Below are positions 55,701 through 64,000 of a stretch of 64,000 nucleotides of DNA, piece by piece (position 1 is the stretch's first letter; each line of letters starts with the position of its first letter). The notes under the pieces were generated by a model, which worked only from the letters and a program-made list of their open reading frames with translations, was not told the DNA's origin and did not search any database. The DNA lies in NCBI GenBank assembly GCA_964187785.1, contig OZ076420.1:37386001-37450000 (forward strand), given 5' to 3'. The DNA comes from Amphiscolops sp. MND2022 (taxonomy: Eukaryota). Both the position numbers and the translations under genes were made by a program.

Positions 55701-58529
55701 TTCTATATCGAGTTTGGTGAATTCAAGCCATGATCCCCTTTCTATTTTTGGTCACTTTTTGGATATTTTAGTGATGCTTTATTTCTTTAGATATTGATGT
55801 TTATAAACGGAGGTTTATAAACGATGTTTATATAAATTCTAATTGCTGTACCAACTAAAAAATTGCATCAGTGAATTCAACAGTCTAGAAAAATATCTCG
55901 GTATCAAAATCTTCATTGTTTGTTGTGCTTTTCAAAGTTTCATGTTTTTTCATCCTCCATCAGGGAAATCTACCACTTGAGTAGTTGTTTGATTGGAAAC
56001 TGTGTGAAAAACTATTTTGTCCATATGGCAGGGGCATGATTTTGAGATGAACAAGCTTCCAAAACACAAAGCCTATCATGGAAATGATCGAATTTGAGAA
56101 TTTTCGGGCTGTATTGTAACTTGTAGGATTCCTTCTTGATAATGTAACTTCTTGCAGGATGTCTGAACGTGATCCACGGTGGTCGTGAGGCAGTAGACTT
56201 CATATGCACTAACCCCAACATCAAGGCTATCTCCTTCGTCGGATCCGATCAGGCCGGTGAGCACATCTACAAATTGGGGTCCGAGCATGGCAAGAGGGTC
56301 CAATGTAACATGGGCGCCAAAAACCACGGAGTAATCCTCCCGGATGCCAACAAGGAGACAACGCTCAACCAACTGGTTGGCGCCGCGTTTGGAGCTGCAG
56401 GTATGTGCAGTGAAAAACTGTGACCATTTGTTATGAAAAAATACTATTTGAAAGAGTGCGTATTTTGTGCGACTTAGTTCGAATTACATCGTCTCTGTTA
56501 TAAATCCAATTTGGCCTTGTCTTTTCCTTCCTGGCAGACAATCAAATTGATCATTGAATTGTTCCAAAAATTGTATGAACAGAAGTTATAATTCAAAATT
56601 CGATTTGCTATTCATGTATTTCTGTTGAGAAACTTACTTTTGTATCGTTTTGCATCGCTTGTTTCATTGATACGGCAAGCATTCGAGAAGAAAAGACTTC
56701 TCAATCCTAAATTGCTTCTTTGTTCCGCCGGATGCAAAAAATGCTTTCGAGTAAACTTCGACATGAGTGCTGAAATTTTTAAATTAGATTGTTCAAAATA
56801 AGCACTCAGTGACAGCTGCCAATATGTAGTTCTGGTTCGACTTTTTTGCCAATCATGTTTTTTTTGATACTTTGATTGCAGCTGTCAGAAAATGTACCAG
56901 GGGTAGCAATCTCTGGCGTAGTTAGCTATATCCATGTTTATATTTGAAAATCTGATTGGTTTTTAATATTGCTTCACTTTCTCTTCTGTTTTCGATTTTT
57001 CTTGATCACAAAAATTCTCATTTGAGCTTTCCAGTTTGCACTTGATTTGCTCAGTCGTGTCACAATTTTGGATAGAAAAATATTTTACTTGAAGGTAAAG
57101 TGAATGTAAAAGCGGGATAAAATTTACCGAATGACCTGCTGGTTTTGTTCTCAGGTCAGCGATGCATGGCGCTTTCCACAGCGGTGATGGTGGGTCAGTC
57201 CAAAGAGTGGATTCCCGAGCTGGTTGAGAAGGCCAAGAAGCTGAAGGTGAACGCTGGAACAGAAAGCAGTGCCGATCTGGGACCTGTTATCTCCCCTGAG
57301 GCAAAAGCTAAAATTGAGAGACTCATTGCCAGTGGAGAGAAGGAGGGTGCCAAAATTGTTTTGGACGGCAGAAATTGCACAGTCGAAGGCAAGGGGCTTG
57401 CAAATTTTATCGTTCCCAAACTTTCCATTTTATTTCTCTAACTTTCAAATTTGATATTTGAGATGTCGATAGATTGTCGTCGCGTTATTGGAAACAGTTT
57501 TTGATTAGTGTCAAATCATAGCTTGAAAGCTGTTCATGTGGTTTTTTGAACTTTGAAGCGAACCGCGACCCATACTACGAGATTTTCCTGACGACAGAGG
57601 ATTGTCCTGGTGGGCAAATGTTTTCTGAAATATTATTTTTCAGTGCTTATTCGATTAAGTACTTGTTCGTCAATCATTTTCCATTTTCTGTTAATGTAAA
57701 TTTTCATTTTGCGAGCTTCTTTTCAATTGAAGGTTACGAAAACGGAAACTTCGTGGCACCCACGATCATGAGCAATGTGAAACCTTCGATGGAATGTTAC
57801 AAAGAGGAAATATTCGGTCCTGTTTTGATCATCCTCGAGGCCGATTCTTTGGACGAAGCCATCACGCTAATCAACAACAACCCTTACGGCAATGGCACAG
57901 CCATCTTCACAAACAACGGGGCGGCAGCTCGCAAGTTCACGATGGAAATAGACGTGGGTCAGGTCGGTGTCAACGTACCCATTCCGGTGCCTCTTCCCAT
58001 GTTTTCATTCACAGGTAGGTCATGTCTTGTCAGCTATGATTATTCACAAAAGGTAAACTGTTTGTTTCTTGGTCACACTGCCATCATGTATGATGATCAC
58101 TGATCACTTTTGAGATACAGATGTTCCTTACCGCAAAAAGTTGATTCCAGATCTTCATCGCTGTGATCAAATTTGATTCAATTTCGAGTTTGCAGATGAC
58201 GGATGAAAAGTTCAGAAATATTTTATTAACAATAACTTGAGAAGATCATTGCAATAATTTTTTGTAGTTCAAAAAAGTATCGGTAATCCATTGTGACATC
58301 ACATTATTGTCTATATCTTTTATTGATCAGTCATATGTGAATGTGTGATGTTGAAATAGTTGTTTGAAACATTGTTTTCACAGGGTCAAGAGGTTCTTTC
58401 CGAGGAGACATGAACTTTTACGGCAAAAACGGAGTCAACTTCTACACACACCTTAAGACAGTAACTTCGCAGTGGAAGATGGACGAGTCTGTTCACGCAC
58501 CAGCCGTCACCATGCCCGTCAACAAATAA
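34540..58529 (+). CDS. ALDH6A1: Methylmalonate-semialdehyde dehydrogenase (mitochondrial), 8 exons, 528 aa
   Basis: join(34540-34733,35821-35993,53200-53335,54543-54721,56158-56400,57155-57388,57733-58014,58384-58529) = 1587 nt. Motifs [31 protein letters not shown], catalytic [29 protein letters not shown]. Confidence 0.95.
35821..35993 (+). CDS. ALDH6A1: ALDH6A1 exon 2
   Basis: [13 protein letters not shown]...[27 protein letters not shown]; donor AG|GCAAGT. Confidence 0.9.
36080..36790 (+). mobile_element. Truncated LINE (CR1/L2-like) RT fragment
   Basis: [33 protein letters not shown], with frameshifts and stops. Confidence 0.75.
36790..37215 (+). repeat. Degenerate ~78-bp minisatellite (about 5 units)
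   Basis: Recurring ATATGCAGTCT...AGCATACTACGTGCCAAA...AAGATTTGAT. Confidence 0.65.
37580..38153 (-). pseudogene. Decayed ribosomal protein uS5 (RPS2/RpsE)-like sequence
   Basis: Across frameshifts: [10 protein letters not shown] / [18 protein letters not shown] / [12 protein letters not shown]...[19 protein letters not shown]...[13 protein letters not shown]. Ser-rich N-terminus with stops. Confidence 0.7.
38355..38437 (-). pseudogene. tRNA-like sequence (long variable arm)
   Basis: A box TGACTGGGTGG, B box GGTTCGAGTC. Confidence 0.45.
38614..38684 (+). pseudogene. tRNA-like sequence or SINE head
   Basis: A box TGGCGGAGTGG, B-box variant GGTTTGAGCC. Confidence 0.45.
39420..40667 (-). mobile_element. 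Internally deleted Ty3/gypsy-like LTR element (gag only) plus partial tandem copy
   Basis: LTRs 39420-39592 and 40312-40485 (TG..CA, ~97% identical); PBS TGGCGCAGCC (40311 downward); PPT AGAGGGGGAATGAGAGA before each LTR; period 893 bp. Confidence 0.8.
39696..40292 (-). CDS. Retrotransposon Gag (capsid-like), 198 aa, C-terminally truncated
   Basis: ATG directly after the PBS; [26 protein letters not shown] resembles the gag MHR. Confidence 0.7.
   Translation of the reverse strand: MDNNLDPSTSEQSGQPAANQTIMNQTTADRLEKNKYKISILSDRETDLTKMNPRMWWEQISEYIHLTYNRNLDELMDQGIDQMDPHTVYHIKGDVIWALGPKAKHEIMRGQWGKELKDIDLPELLKLFNTTFIPARNVFHSRPQFFKIKRDSETLDEYWKRLVDIERKCEFNSITPEEIITYKFAATINNFCGLLSRR
44607..45254 (+). 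CDS. Copia Gag N-terminal part (ends at TAA before the zinc knuckle)
   Basis: MATYKTPP...[23 protein letters not shown]; same frame as pol. Confidence 0.85.
   Translation: MATYKTPPVWAADVPFEIWKNKIEVWKCVTDLKPEQQGPAVILTLTGKREEIAYELTATELNAADGLKKLLEILEKSFGRDQSDYLFESYDEFESLSRKLDQTVADYINEFDKCYMKVKKFKIVLPDTVLAIKLLRSAGLTTAERKLVLAACPSLEYEKVQKSMKHIFSAKTTETSSSSQVQLKEEPTLVANTDEESSEGSALWVGRKFQGREKA
45255..48965 (+). CDS. Copia zinc knuckle-protease-integrase-RT-RNase H
   Basis: [14 protein letters not shown]; [10 protein letters not shown]; HKQFGH..C..C; VAMDL/SDNGGEF/NGIVER; [14 protein letters not shown]; FSDAS, TDN. Contains a 33-nt tandem duplication at 46992-47057. Confidence 0.93.
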   Translation, partial: HRQNPIKKWPLQTKRPHGKNPIDSRGRVTLCAICGSRNHWAKDCPDANTEKTEDKPQNIYCTFVTACEILRKEAGQMAILDSACSKTVAGISWVEDYIACLPKVEKLAVEQLESNCQIVFGDGKREKSMFRTLLPAILGNMGCKIECEVVSSPIPLLLSMRVMEHAKFTVDFANLKCTVGDSLTPVPLKKSTSGHYMINIMPPESMQETVMLTLDKPALEKLHKQFGHCSGDRLMNLIKSCNTDCKIQTDLVKSICEECQVCKKFGRPRNRPIVSMPLASAFNDIVAMDLHELTELGRSVYYLHLIDVFTRFSAATIIMEKKTDVVIDAINNVWGVQFGYPHKFMSDNGGEFSSAKMRSFGECYDVEIMTTPAYSPWANGIVERHNAILSETFLKLRLDKMFRDDETCLKYSVFAKNCLLSANGFSPYQLVYGRNPNLPSCVTNRPPALENITTSEHVQRHISLLQKSREAYIAAESSERVKRALRANIRSDQGPFHHNEAVYYKRNENQWRGPGRVIGQTGREVMIKHGGQVISVHTTRLKRVNNSCIPEDNDQENGAEKDPHYGEENEPIPSKSEDGEEYDDTQVAIEEEYDDTQVAIEDDGNNDTDQQSDLEKHGNLNKTNSFMNNHQLKSESIGSKLVEKIPLSESKPTAHPSIKDRIKITLRRAPNEEREAIVLSRGGKVGKSGNGKHKNWFNVEYVSPECHTGMRECLEFGKDTVDWSKIEEPVLLNNVEPDPVEIAKEKELLSWGECGVYEEVYSETDDYIDLKWVITTKSTGIVKARLVAKGFQDPDNAILVKDAPTCAKENFRVILTLISSRKHWKVGIIDVKTAFLQGNRLKREVFVRPPEEFRQEHILWKLLKPVYGLSDAPRLWYERVKEVLTSLKCLMSTYDACVFIFWNEGTISGIVTIHVDDFFYAGDNTFYDTVISGIRDAFTVGKEQSLPTKYLGLDVGKVDDVISISLEHYSDELSEIQSVMHIRKTDPVSDEERKIMRSKLGKLLWVSTQVRVDLAFITSKLSSSLSNPVYEDLAQMNKVIRDIKAGFGLNLKFNDLGEPCNWNLFAFSDASLNNIEGGYTQAGYLIFLVNKTDGRCTLLQWRSYRLRRVARSTLAAELLAASECADVSLMLRSLLREITKEGIKTFIFTDNNSLVDAVYSTKLVSDKRLRVDVAYLREIVSTRDLVFIWINTSRQLADGLTKQTKNGELKDVMAKMSLKKYLSDVENVVKFKDSNL
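50380..51170 (-). mobile_element. Degenerate LINE ORF1 with SGNH-esterase-like motifs (CR1/L2-type)
   Basis: LVIGSS (block I-like) and [16 protein letters not shown] (block V-like) in broken frames. Confidence 0.5.
53200..53335 (+). CDS. ALDH6A1: ALDH6A1 exon 3
   Basis: [20 protein letters not shown]...DMDINSY. Confidence 0.93.
54299..54471. mobile_element. pogo/Tigger-type MITE (173 bp)
   Basis: TA on both sides; imperfect TIR ending TTCGTATC. Confidence 0.55.
54543..54721 (+). CDS. ALDH6A1: ALDH6A1 exon 4
   Basis: [21 protein letters not shown]...KPSERVP. Confidence 0.95.
54855..54915 (+). pseudogene. Degenerate tRNA-like sequence
   Basis: A box TGGCCTAGTGG; degenerate B box GGTTCCG. 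Confidence 0.35.
56158..56400 (+). CDS. ALDH6A1: ALDH6A1 exon 5
   Basis: CLNVIHG...[10 protein letters not shown]...NMGAKNHG...GAAFGAA. Confidence 0.95.
57155..57388 (+). CDS. ALDH6A1: ALDH6A1 exon 6 (catalytic Cys)
   Basis: [11 protein letters not shown]...LDGRNCTVE; donor AG|GCAAGG. Confidence 0.92.
57733..58014 (+). CDS. ALDH6A1: ALDH6A1 exon 7
   Basis: [11 protein letters not shown]...YKEEIFGPV...[15 protein letters not shown]. Confidence 0.95.
58384..58529 (+). CDS. ALDH6A1: ALDH6A1 exon 8 (stop)
   Basis: [22 protein letters not shown]...PAVTMPVNK*. Confidence 0.93.
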
Positions 58530-60604
58530 TCGATGACGTCATTGTGACATAATGAACTTGTCATACTGGTTGAATGATTAAACTGGAATGAGTAAATCAA
58601 CCGCATTGAGCCAATCAACATTCCATAAGCTAGTAGGGGTAGAGAATGGTTTTATGAGTTCTTGGGATCAATGTGTAGTATTGCAGTCAGGAATGTTGAA
58701 ATTATATGTGGTTAATTGTCAATTTTAAAAAATCACGTCTCCCTTAGAAAAGCGTGGGAATACTTTGACGAAAAAGTTGTCCATTTTGCATTTTTGGGTT
58801 AAAAGCTCTGTCTCCTACAATTTCTCATTTTTCAATACTGAAATTTGATAGTGAATTGATCGATCGTGGACACATGGTTCCCTGGCTTTCATTGCTTTCA
58901 CTTTACATCTCAAAAATTTAGTGCAAAATTTGAGCTTTTGACATTTTGAATTTACTGATAATTTAATAGGTGTCAATGTTGATGGACTCGATGAAGGATA
59001 AAACTGAAATCAAATCTTCATATTTTGCCTCACTTTGTATTTTGGGCTGTAATCATGATTTGAATGTGGTCACTTGATGTGAATGAATTGACAGATGTGA
59101 TTCTGAATATCTTGATACCCTGGTTAACATTTTATCCAAAATATTCTTAAATTTATTGTTTTGACGACCCACGTTTTGCGATGCCTGTCAATATTGGAAG
59201 ATAAAAAAATGCTTTCAGTATGCTTTCAATTCAAACAATCTAATACATAGCCCTGTGATGAATCATGATGTTTGAATTGCTTTTTCATTCGGCGCTTTCT
59301 AGTTAAAAAGTGCAAGTCTTTGTCAGTGGCAAGTTTTTTGCGTCCACCTCGTCCACTTTAATAAAATTTCATATTTTAACTTGAGACTGACACGGCCACT
59401 TCGCGTAGTGGATGAGTACGTGGCTGTAAAGCAAGTGGTAGTTTTTAAACCGAGACCCTTCAATTTTTAGCAACAACAGTGCTTTACGAGCATAGATAGC
59501 TCCTTTCAGTTTTCGGCATCATGCGTATTATCCAGAACATTTTTCCCCGAAAATTCGAAAACGTCACTTCATTTTTGGTTTTTTGGGGGAGGTTTTCTGT
59601 TACGGAAAACCGTTTTGGAAGACGGGGGTGATATTCGATTATTTTTTAGCCCGGTGTAGCTGATGAGTTTTCTCAATCAATGTGGAAATCGCCTAGTTTT
59701 TCGGTGCTGCGCTTTTTGGAAAAATTAGGTCAAAGGGTACCTCCTCCACTTATAAATATTTTTGGCCTTTTCCGGCGCGCACTATGGGACTGTTTGGAAG
59801 AAATATATATTTTTTTGCTAAAGTTTTCCCAACAAATAGGCTTTTTTGTATTTCCAGTTAGGAAAAAAAGTGGTTTCGAGCTGGTATTTTTTGGGGGTGG
59901 GTCTAATAAGCAGACCAGTCAAATAGCATAAAAGTAATATTCGTGCTGATGAGCAGACTCGATTCCTATTGGTTGAAATTTCAGATTACGACTCAATAAG
60001 TGCGTCGGATTAGCAGTCAATAGAGTTATTATCATAACGTAGTCAGCTATGTTCACATACCCCTAATGCCCTAAATGCAGAAGCGAAGCGGATCGACGTG
60101 CCATATGGCCATGCCTCAATGTTGCGACTTGGCGAAGGGAGCCCAGCGACCAAGCCATACAAAAAATATGCTAACATCTTCAAATAAATCAAGTTCCATA
60201 CATATTGGCTGTATCAGCACTCACTACATTGATTTGTGATTCTTTCTTGATTGGTCAAACAATTACCGCTTGATTAAATTTTCTGCTTTTTGAGTAGTCT
60301 GCGTATTAGATGGTCTGCTTGTTAGTCTACTTCCATTTTTCGGCACGGTGAGTTTGATGAAAATTTCCAAAAATTGTTCTCTGCGTATTTGAAAAAGCTT
60401 TGTTTTTTGAACCTTGTGCGGGACGCCCACTTCAGCTGTTCGTTCTTGCCTTGTTAGTACTTCTTGGGCTTTTTTAGTCGGCGCTTTTCGTAGAAAAACG
60501 CAGACTATAGTAGTGACTTTTTTTAAACCAACGAACTGACAGATTTTATAAGCCCAATAAGCTGACTTGCACTAACACTAAGCTGTGCCACACTACTTCT
60601 ACTG

Positions 60605-60680
60605 GCACTTAGCATAGAGTTTACGGCTTTTTTGAGGTCTGCCAAGCAGAAGGACGTGGGTTCGAGTCCCGTCACCGACC
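60605..60680 (+). pseudogene. tRNA-like sequence or SINE head
   Basis: B box GGTTCGAGTCC; degenerate A box TAGCATAGAG. Confidence 0.35.
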
Positions 60681-60689
60681 AAAATTTTT

Positions 60690-61036
60690 TTTGTGCAGGT
60701 TTTCGGCTTTGTGAGACTTTTTCGCAATTTTTTTAATGTCTCCAAAGAGTCCACCCTTCATTTTTTTCCTATTTTGCTCAATGGATGTTCAAAAACTCCC
60801 AAAGGGCCCCCTTTTACATTTTTCGGCACTGTGCGACTTACCGGAGACCAAAAAAAATCGAAGAAAATTTTTAAAAAATTTTCCATTTTTTTTCAATTTT
60901 CAAAATTTTCAATTTCAATTTTTTTCAATTTTCCTCACGCAGGTACTGTAGAAGAGAATACTTTGACATTTTGAAGTCCTTTTGCTATTTTTGAGCCTTA
61001 GATATGGCGCCGACTTGGGCCGTTCCTGGCTTGTTT
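60690..61036 (+). repeat. Abundant interspersed repeat family copy (same family as 26930-27329)
   Basis: Shared subrepeats and a near-identical ~100-bp 3' terminus ending GGCTTGTTT. Confidence 0.8.
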
Positions 61037-61299
61037 ATTTTTGCTATAGCGTCCTGGTAAAGTAAAATTGTTCAAAAAATCTTGGGAACAACTCTTCTTG
61101 AAAAACGTGAGCCCACTGGACTCACTGGGCCGGTCCCAGCGTGATAGGAATAAAAACACTGCTCGTTTTTTGCTCGTTTTTTGCTCGTTTTTTGATAAAG
61201 CAAATGAAAATTAAGTTCATTGTTTCAGTAGCGTTCAGCTCAAAAATCCATGCGTCTCCTGAACTACTAACAATGGTATCGGCAGCTACGTTCCGCCAC

Positions 61300-61540
61300 T
61301 TTGCTTTGTTTCGCCCGCTCAAGTTTCTTAAGTTTGCAAAAGACACTCTTGCAAAGGAAACCGCTTATTCCTCAACTGGAAACAAAAAATCCATTGTTCA
61401 ACTTTTTTTACCTCATAGTGCCGAAAAAGGATTCAGCTCGCATATACTTTTTCTTTTGCCGAAATCAGTTATGAAAGGGAGGGTACCATTTGATCAAATG
61501 AAAGTTTCGAAAAAAACGTACAGAGCCGAAAAAAGGCAGA
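61300..61540 (+). repeat. Repeat homologous to the Polinton pre-insertion locus
   Basis: Collinear similarity to 2570-2602 and to 16923-17120. Confidence 0.6.
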
Positions 61541-62166
61541 AAAAATTTTCCACAATCATTCGAAAAACTCGCCATTTCCACAGGATCAAAAAGTAACAGA
61601 GGTCACCCTCGAAACTCAAGAAGCATAAAGAATAATCAACGAAGTCACTTTTTGCACTGCGAAAAATTGTTTTTCGCTCAGAAACCCCCGAAACTTCTTG
61701 GAATTTTGAATATATTTTTCCTTTTATTTTATATTCTTATTTTCCTTTGATTTTATATTCGTTTTATTATATATTCCTTCATTTTATATTCGAATATTCT
61801 TCGATAAGTCTCATAAAGCGGAAAAACTAAAAGTGGCCGCAAAACGCCGTTGATTCTGCTAAAAATCGAGGGAAGCAGTTTAGGTTTAGAAAAAAAAACT
61901 GAAGTAGCATAGTCTTGGGAAAATTCTAAGAAGGGACCCTTCGGTCTCTCCATACTTCTGCAAACATATCAACTTTTTGTTCCAATGCGAGACTCAAACC
62001 CATAAACCCGTGCTTCTTAGACGGCAAGAAAGTTGCGTTAACTGGTAGGTTAAGTGACTGACTGAATTTTGTAACACTGAAAAAATCTCCAAGAAACGTC
62101 ATATTCGGTATTCGTTATATCCTTATATGCGATTTGCCTTAAATCAGCTACGGGTTGCGTCATTGT

Positions 62167-63207
62167 TAGTGTTGGGAAATGCCGCTCCTTTTTGCGATCG
62201 CGGGATTCGGGATTTTTGCCGCCCTGATTTCGGGATATTCCGGGATTTTATGAAGATCGGTTTTTGAGTCAAACTGTGAATTTTTTTACATGTTGGGAGA
62301 ACACAGTGTCACTGATATGATAGTCACTTGGCTTTAGCGTTGAAATATACCCTCAGCTCCTGCAATGCAGAGACCAGCTCGTCTCCCATGCGCGATCTCA
62401 GCTTTGTGGCGAAGGTCGCATACAACCAAATGAATGCCATGTGCCACGCAAAACTGCGTCCAACCCTCCTTCTGCAATTGACGAGCAAGCGCCCGATTAA
62501 CGCTAGCGCCGTCACAAATCAAGGGAACAACATCCTTCGCCATATCGACACCATAGTCATTGAGTCGCTCTACACGTTTTTCTGCAATGACACTCGCTGG
62601 CACAGAATGCTATGAAAAGATAGATTGTACTGTCGCACAATATGTTCAGTTGGAATCTTCTTAAAACCACGTGCGACCGAGCTTGGCGAATGTCGTGGGA
62701 TGTAGCAACCGTATGGGGCCATTTTTAGCAGCTATGCAAGAGAGGACCTGGAAACACAATGTCATCTGTTTTTAATGAAGTAGAAATCTTACAACTTGCG
62801 CGTGTCATTATCCCTGAGCTAATGGGTGATGGAAGTTATGTTGTACAGTGTACTTACAAGAGGAATTGTATCTCGCTCAAACAACTCAGAAATTTAAATT
62901 TGGAGTTTCTTTTTCTTCTGGGCGCTGGATGACGGTGACCCTGACGGACCGCTCTCCCTCGATGCTGTCATTGCCTCAAATGCTGCACCGTGCTTTGCCT
63001 GGAGATGCGACTTTAATCTTTTTGTGCTATCTCTGAGCGTTTTCACCTGCTTCACACAGTTTGAACACGTTGCGGTCTCCCTGTCCAGTCGCTCGTAATG
63101 CGCCCGTTATACAGATACAGTCATATCTGTCATACAGTCATACCCTCGTTGTAACAATTTTTACAAGTCAGCAATTTACACCGCGGGATCCCCGGATCCT
63201 AACACTA
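62167..63207 (-). mobile_element. Internally deleted hAT transposon with BED-finger transposase remnant (1041 bp)
   Basis: TIR TAGTGTTrGGA; TSD GTCATTGT/TTCATTGT; CSNC..STKRLKSHLQAKH (BED); ICDGASVN and FCVAHGIHL. Confidence 0.85.
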
Positions 63208-64000
63208 TTCATTGTCGAATTGGTCTCCTTAGCACTTTTCACAGCTCAAATGTAGTATGTAGTTTGCCAAAAAAGGACATTGTAATAATTGAACTTTTGG
63301 GAAAACTATTTTAAACAGATCAGGTGTATCGACAGAAAAAACTGACAAAAAGTCATAACTATAGTCGCTCTTTTCTAATCAAAAAAAGGAAATGTGAATA
63401 TTAAGACTGAAGGAAACGAGCCTTGTGAAGTGTGTAAGACAGAAAAAAAGACAAGCAATGAGTGATAAGTTGCCAAGGTGTAACTACAGCTAAAAACACG
63501 TTTGGATCCACTTCGCGGACATCTCGCAAGTAAACAGGGTGTCGGTCGAAAACTTTTAAACTCCTTCAGCACTCGTTGACTGCCTCAGCAGTTCCAAAGA
63601 AATGTATTTACTGAGAAGACTAGCTAAGTTTTCAATTTCATAGCTGACCTTGCAAAATATAGCAAGATTGTCACTTATGATGCCACAGAGTTCAAAAGAC
63701 ACGGAATCACTCGCTGCAGAGTTTGACTGTATATTATACAAATGGATATCGAAAGAAAGTTGCTTGGAAGAAATACTCCATGTACAAGCAGCGTTCGTCA
63801 AACAATTTACGTTCGCAAAAAAACGCTATCGTAATATAGTAATTATGAAGATCAAGAGTTCCAGAAAAGTGTGACCCTGAAACGAAAGCGGCTATGTGGA
63901 AACTCGTTAGAATGCCGACAGGAAAACTTCGGAACAGGTAAAAGGATCTTTCACTTCGCTTGGAGCAGTAAAGGAATACAATTTGATCACAGCTAGGTAA

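Overview
AT-rich animal (invertebrate-like) nuclear DNA; the species cannot be established from sequence alone. No rRNA or CRISPR. Two host genes are reconstructed on the + strand: a 7-exon SLC9A8/NHE8 Na+/H+ exchanger (846-22485, 643 aa) and an 8-exon ALDH6A1 methylmalonate-semialdehyde dehydrogenase (34540-58529, 528 aa). Each has a ~17.2-kb transposon-filled intron. The main feature is a complete 14,242-bp Polinton/Maverick (adintovirus-like endogenous virus, 2637-16878, AGTAGT termini, ~184-bp TIRs, perfect 6-bp TSD AATATT) inside inferred NHE8 intron 1. It encodes pPolB, adenain protease, major and minor capsid, core protein, integrase, packaging ATPase, a PLA2-like protein and accessory ORFs. 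Unusual traits: three predicted spliceosomal introns in pPolB, two of which add an acidic tail; a PHD finger on the integrase N-terminus with no C-terminal chromodomain; a candidate -1 frameshift in the core-protein gene; and an ORF with an HUH-like motif. ALDH6A1 appears to use up to three non-GT donors, including a candidate GA-AG intron that may derive from a hAT insertion. Its large intron holds a young copia with 88-bp identical LTRs, a gag-only mini LTR element in tandem, a ~1.6-kb tandem repeat with unidentified coding remnants, LINE fragments and a decayed, divergent uS5-like sequence. Many hAT and pogo-type MITEs fill the rest. All homology calls come from motif recognition; no database search was run.
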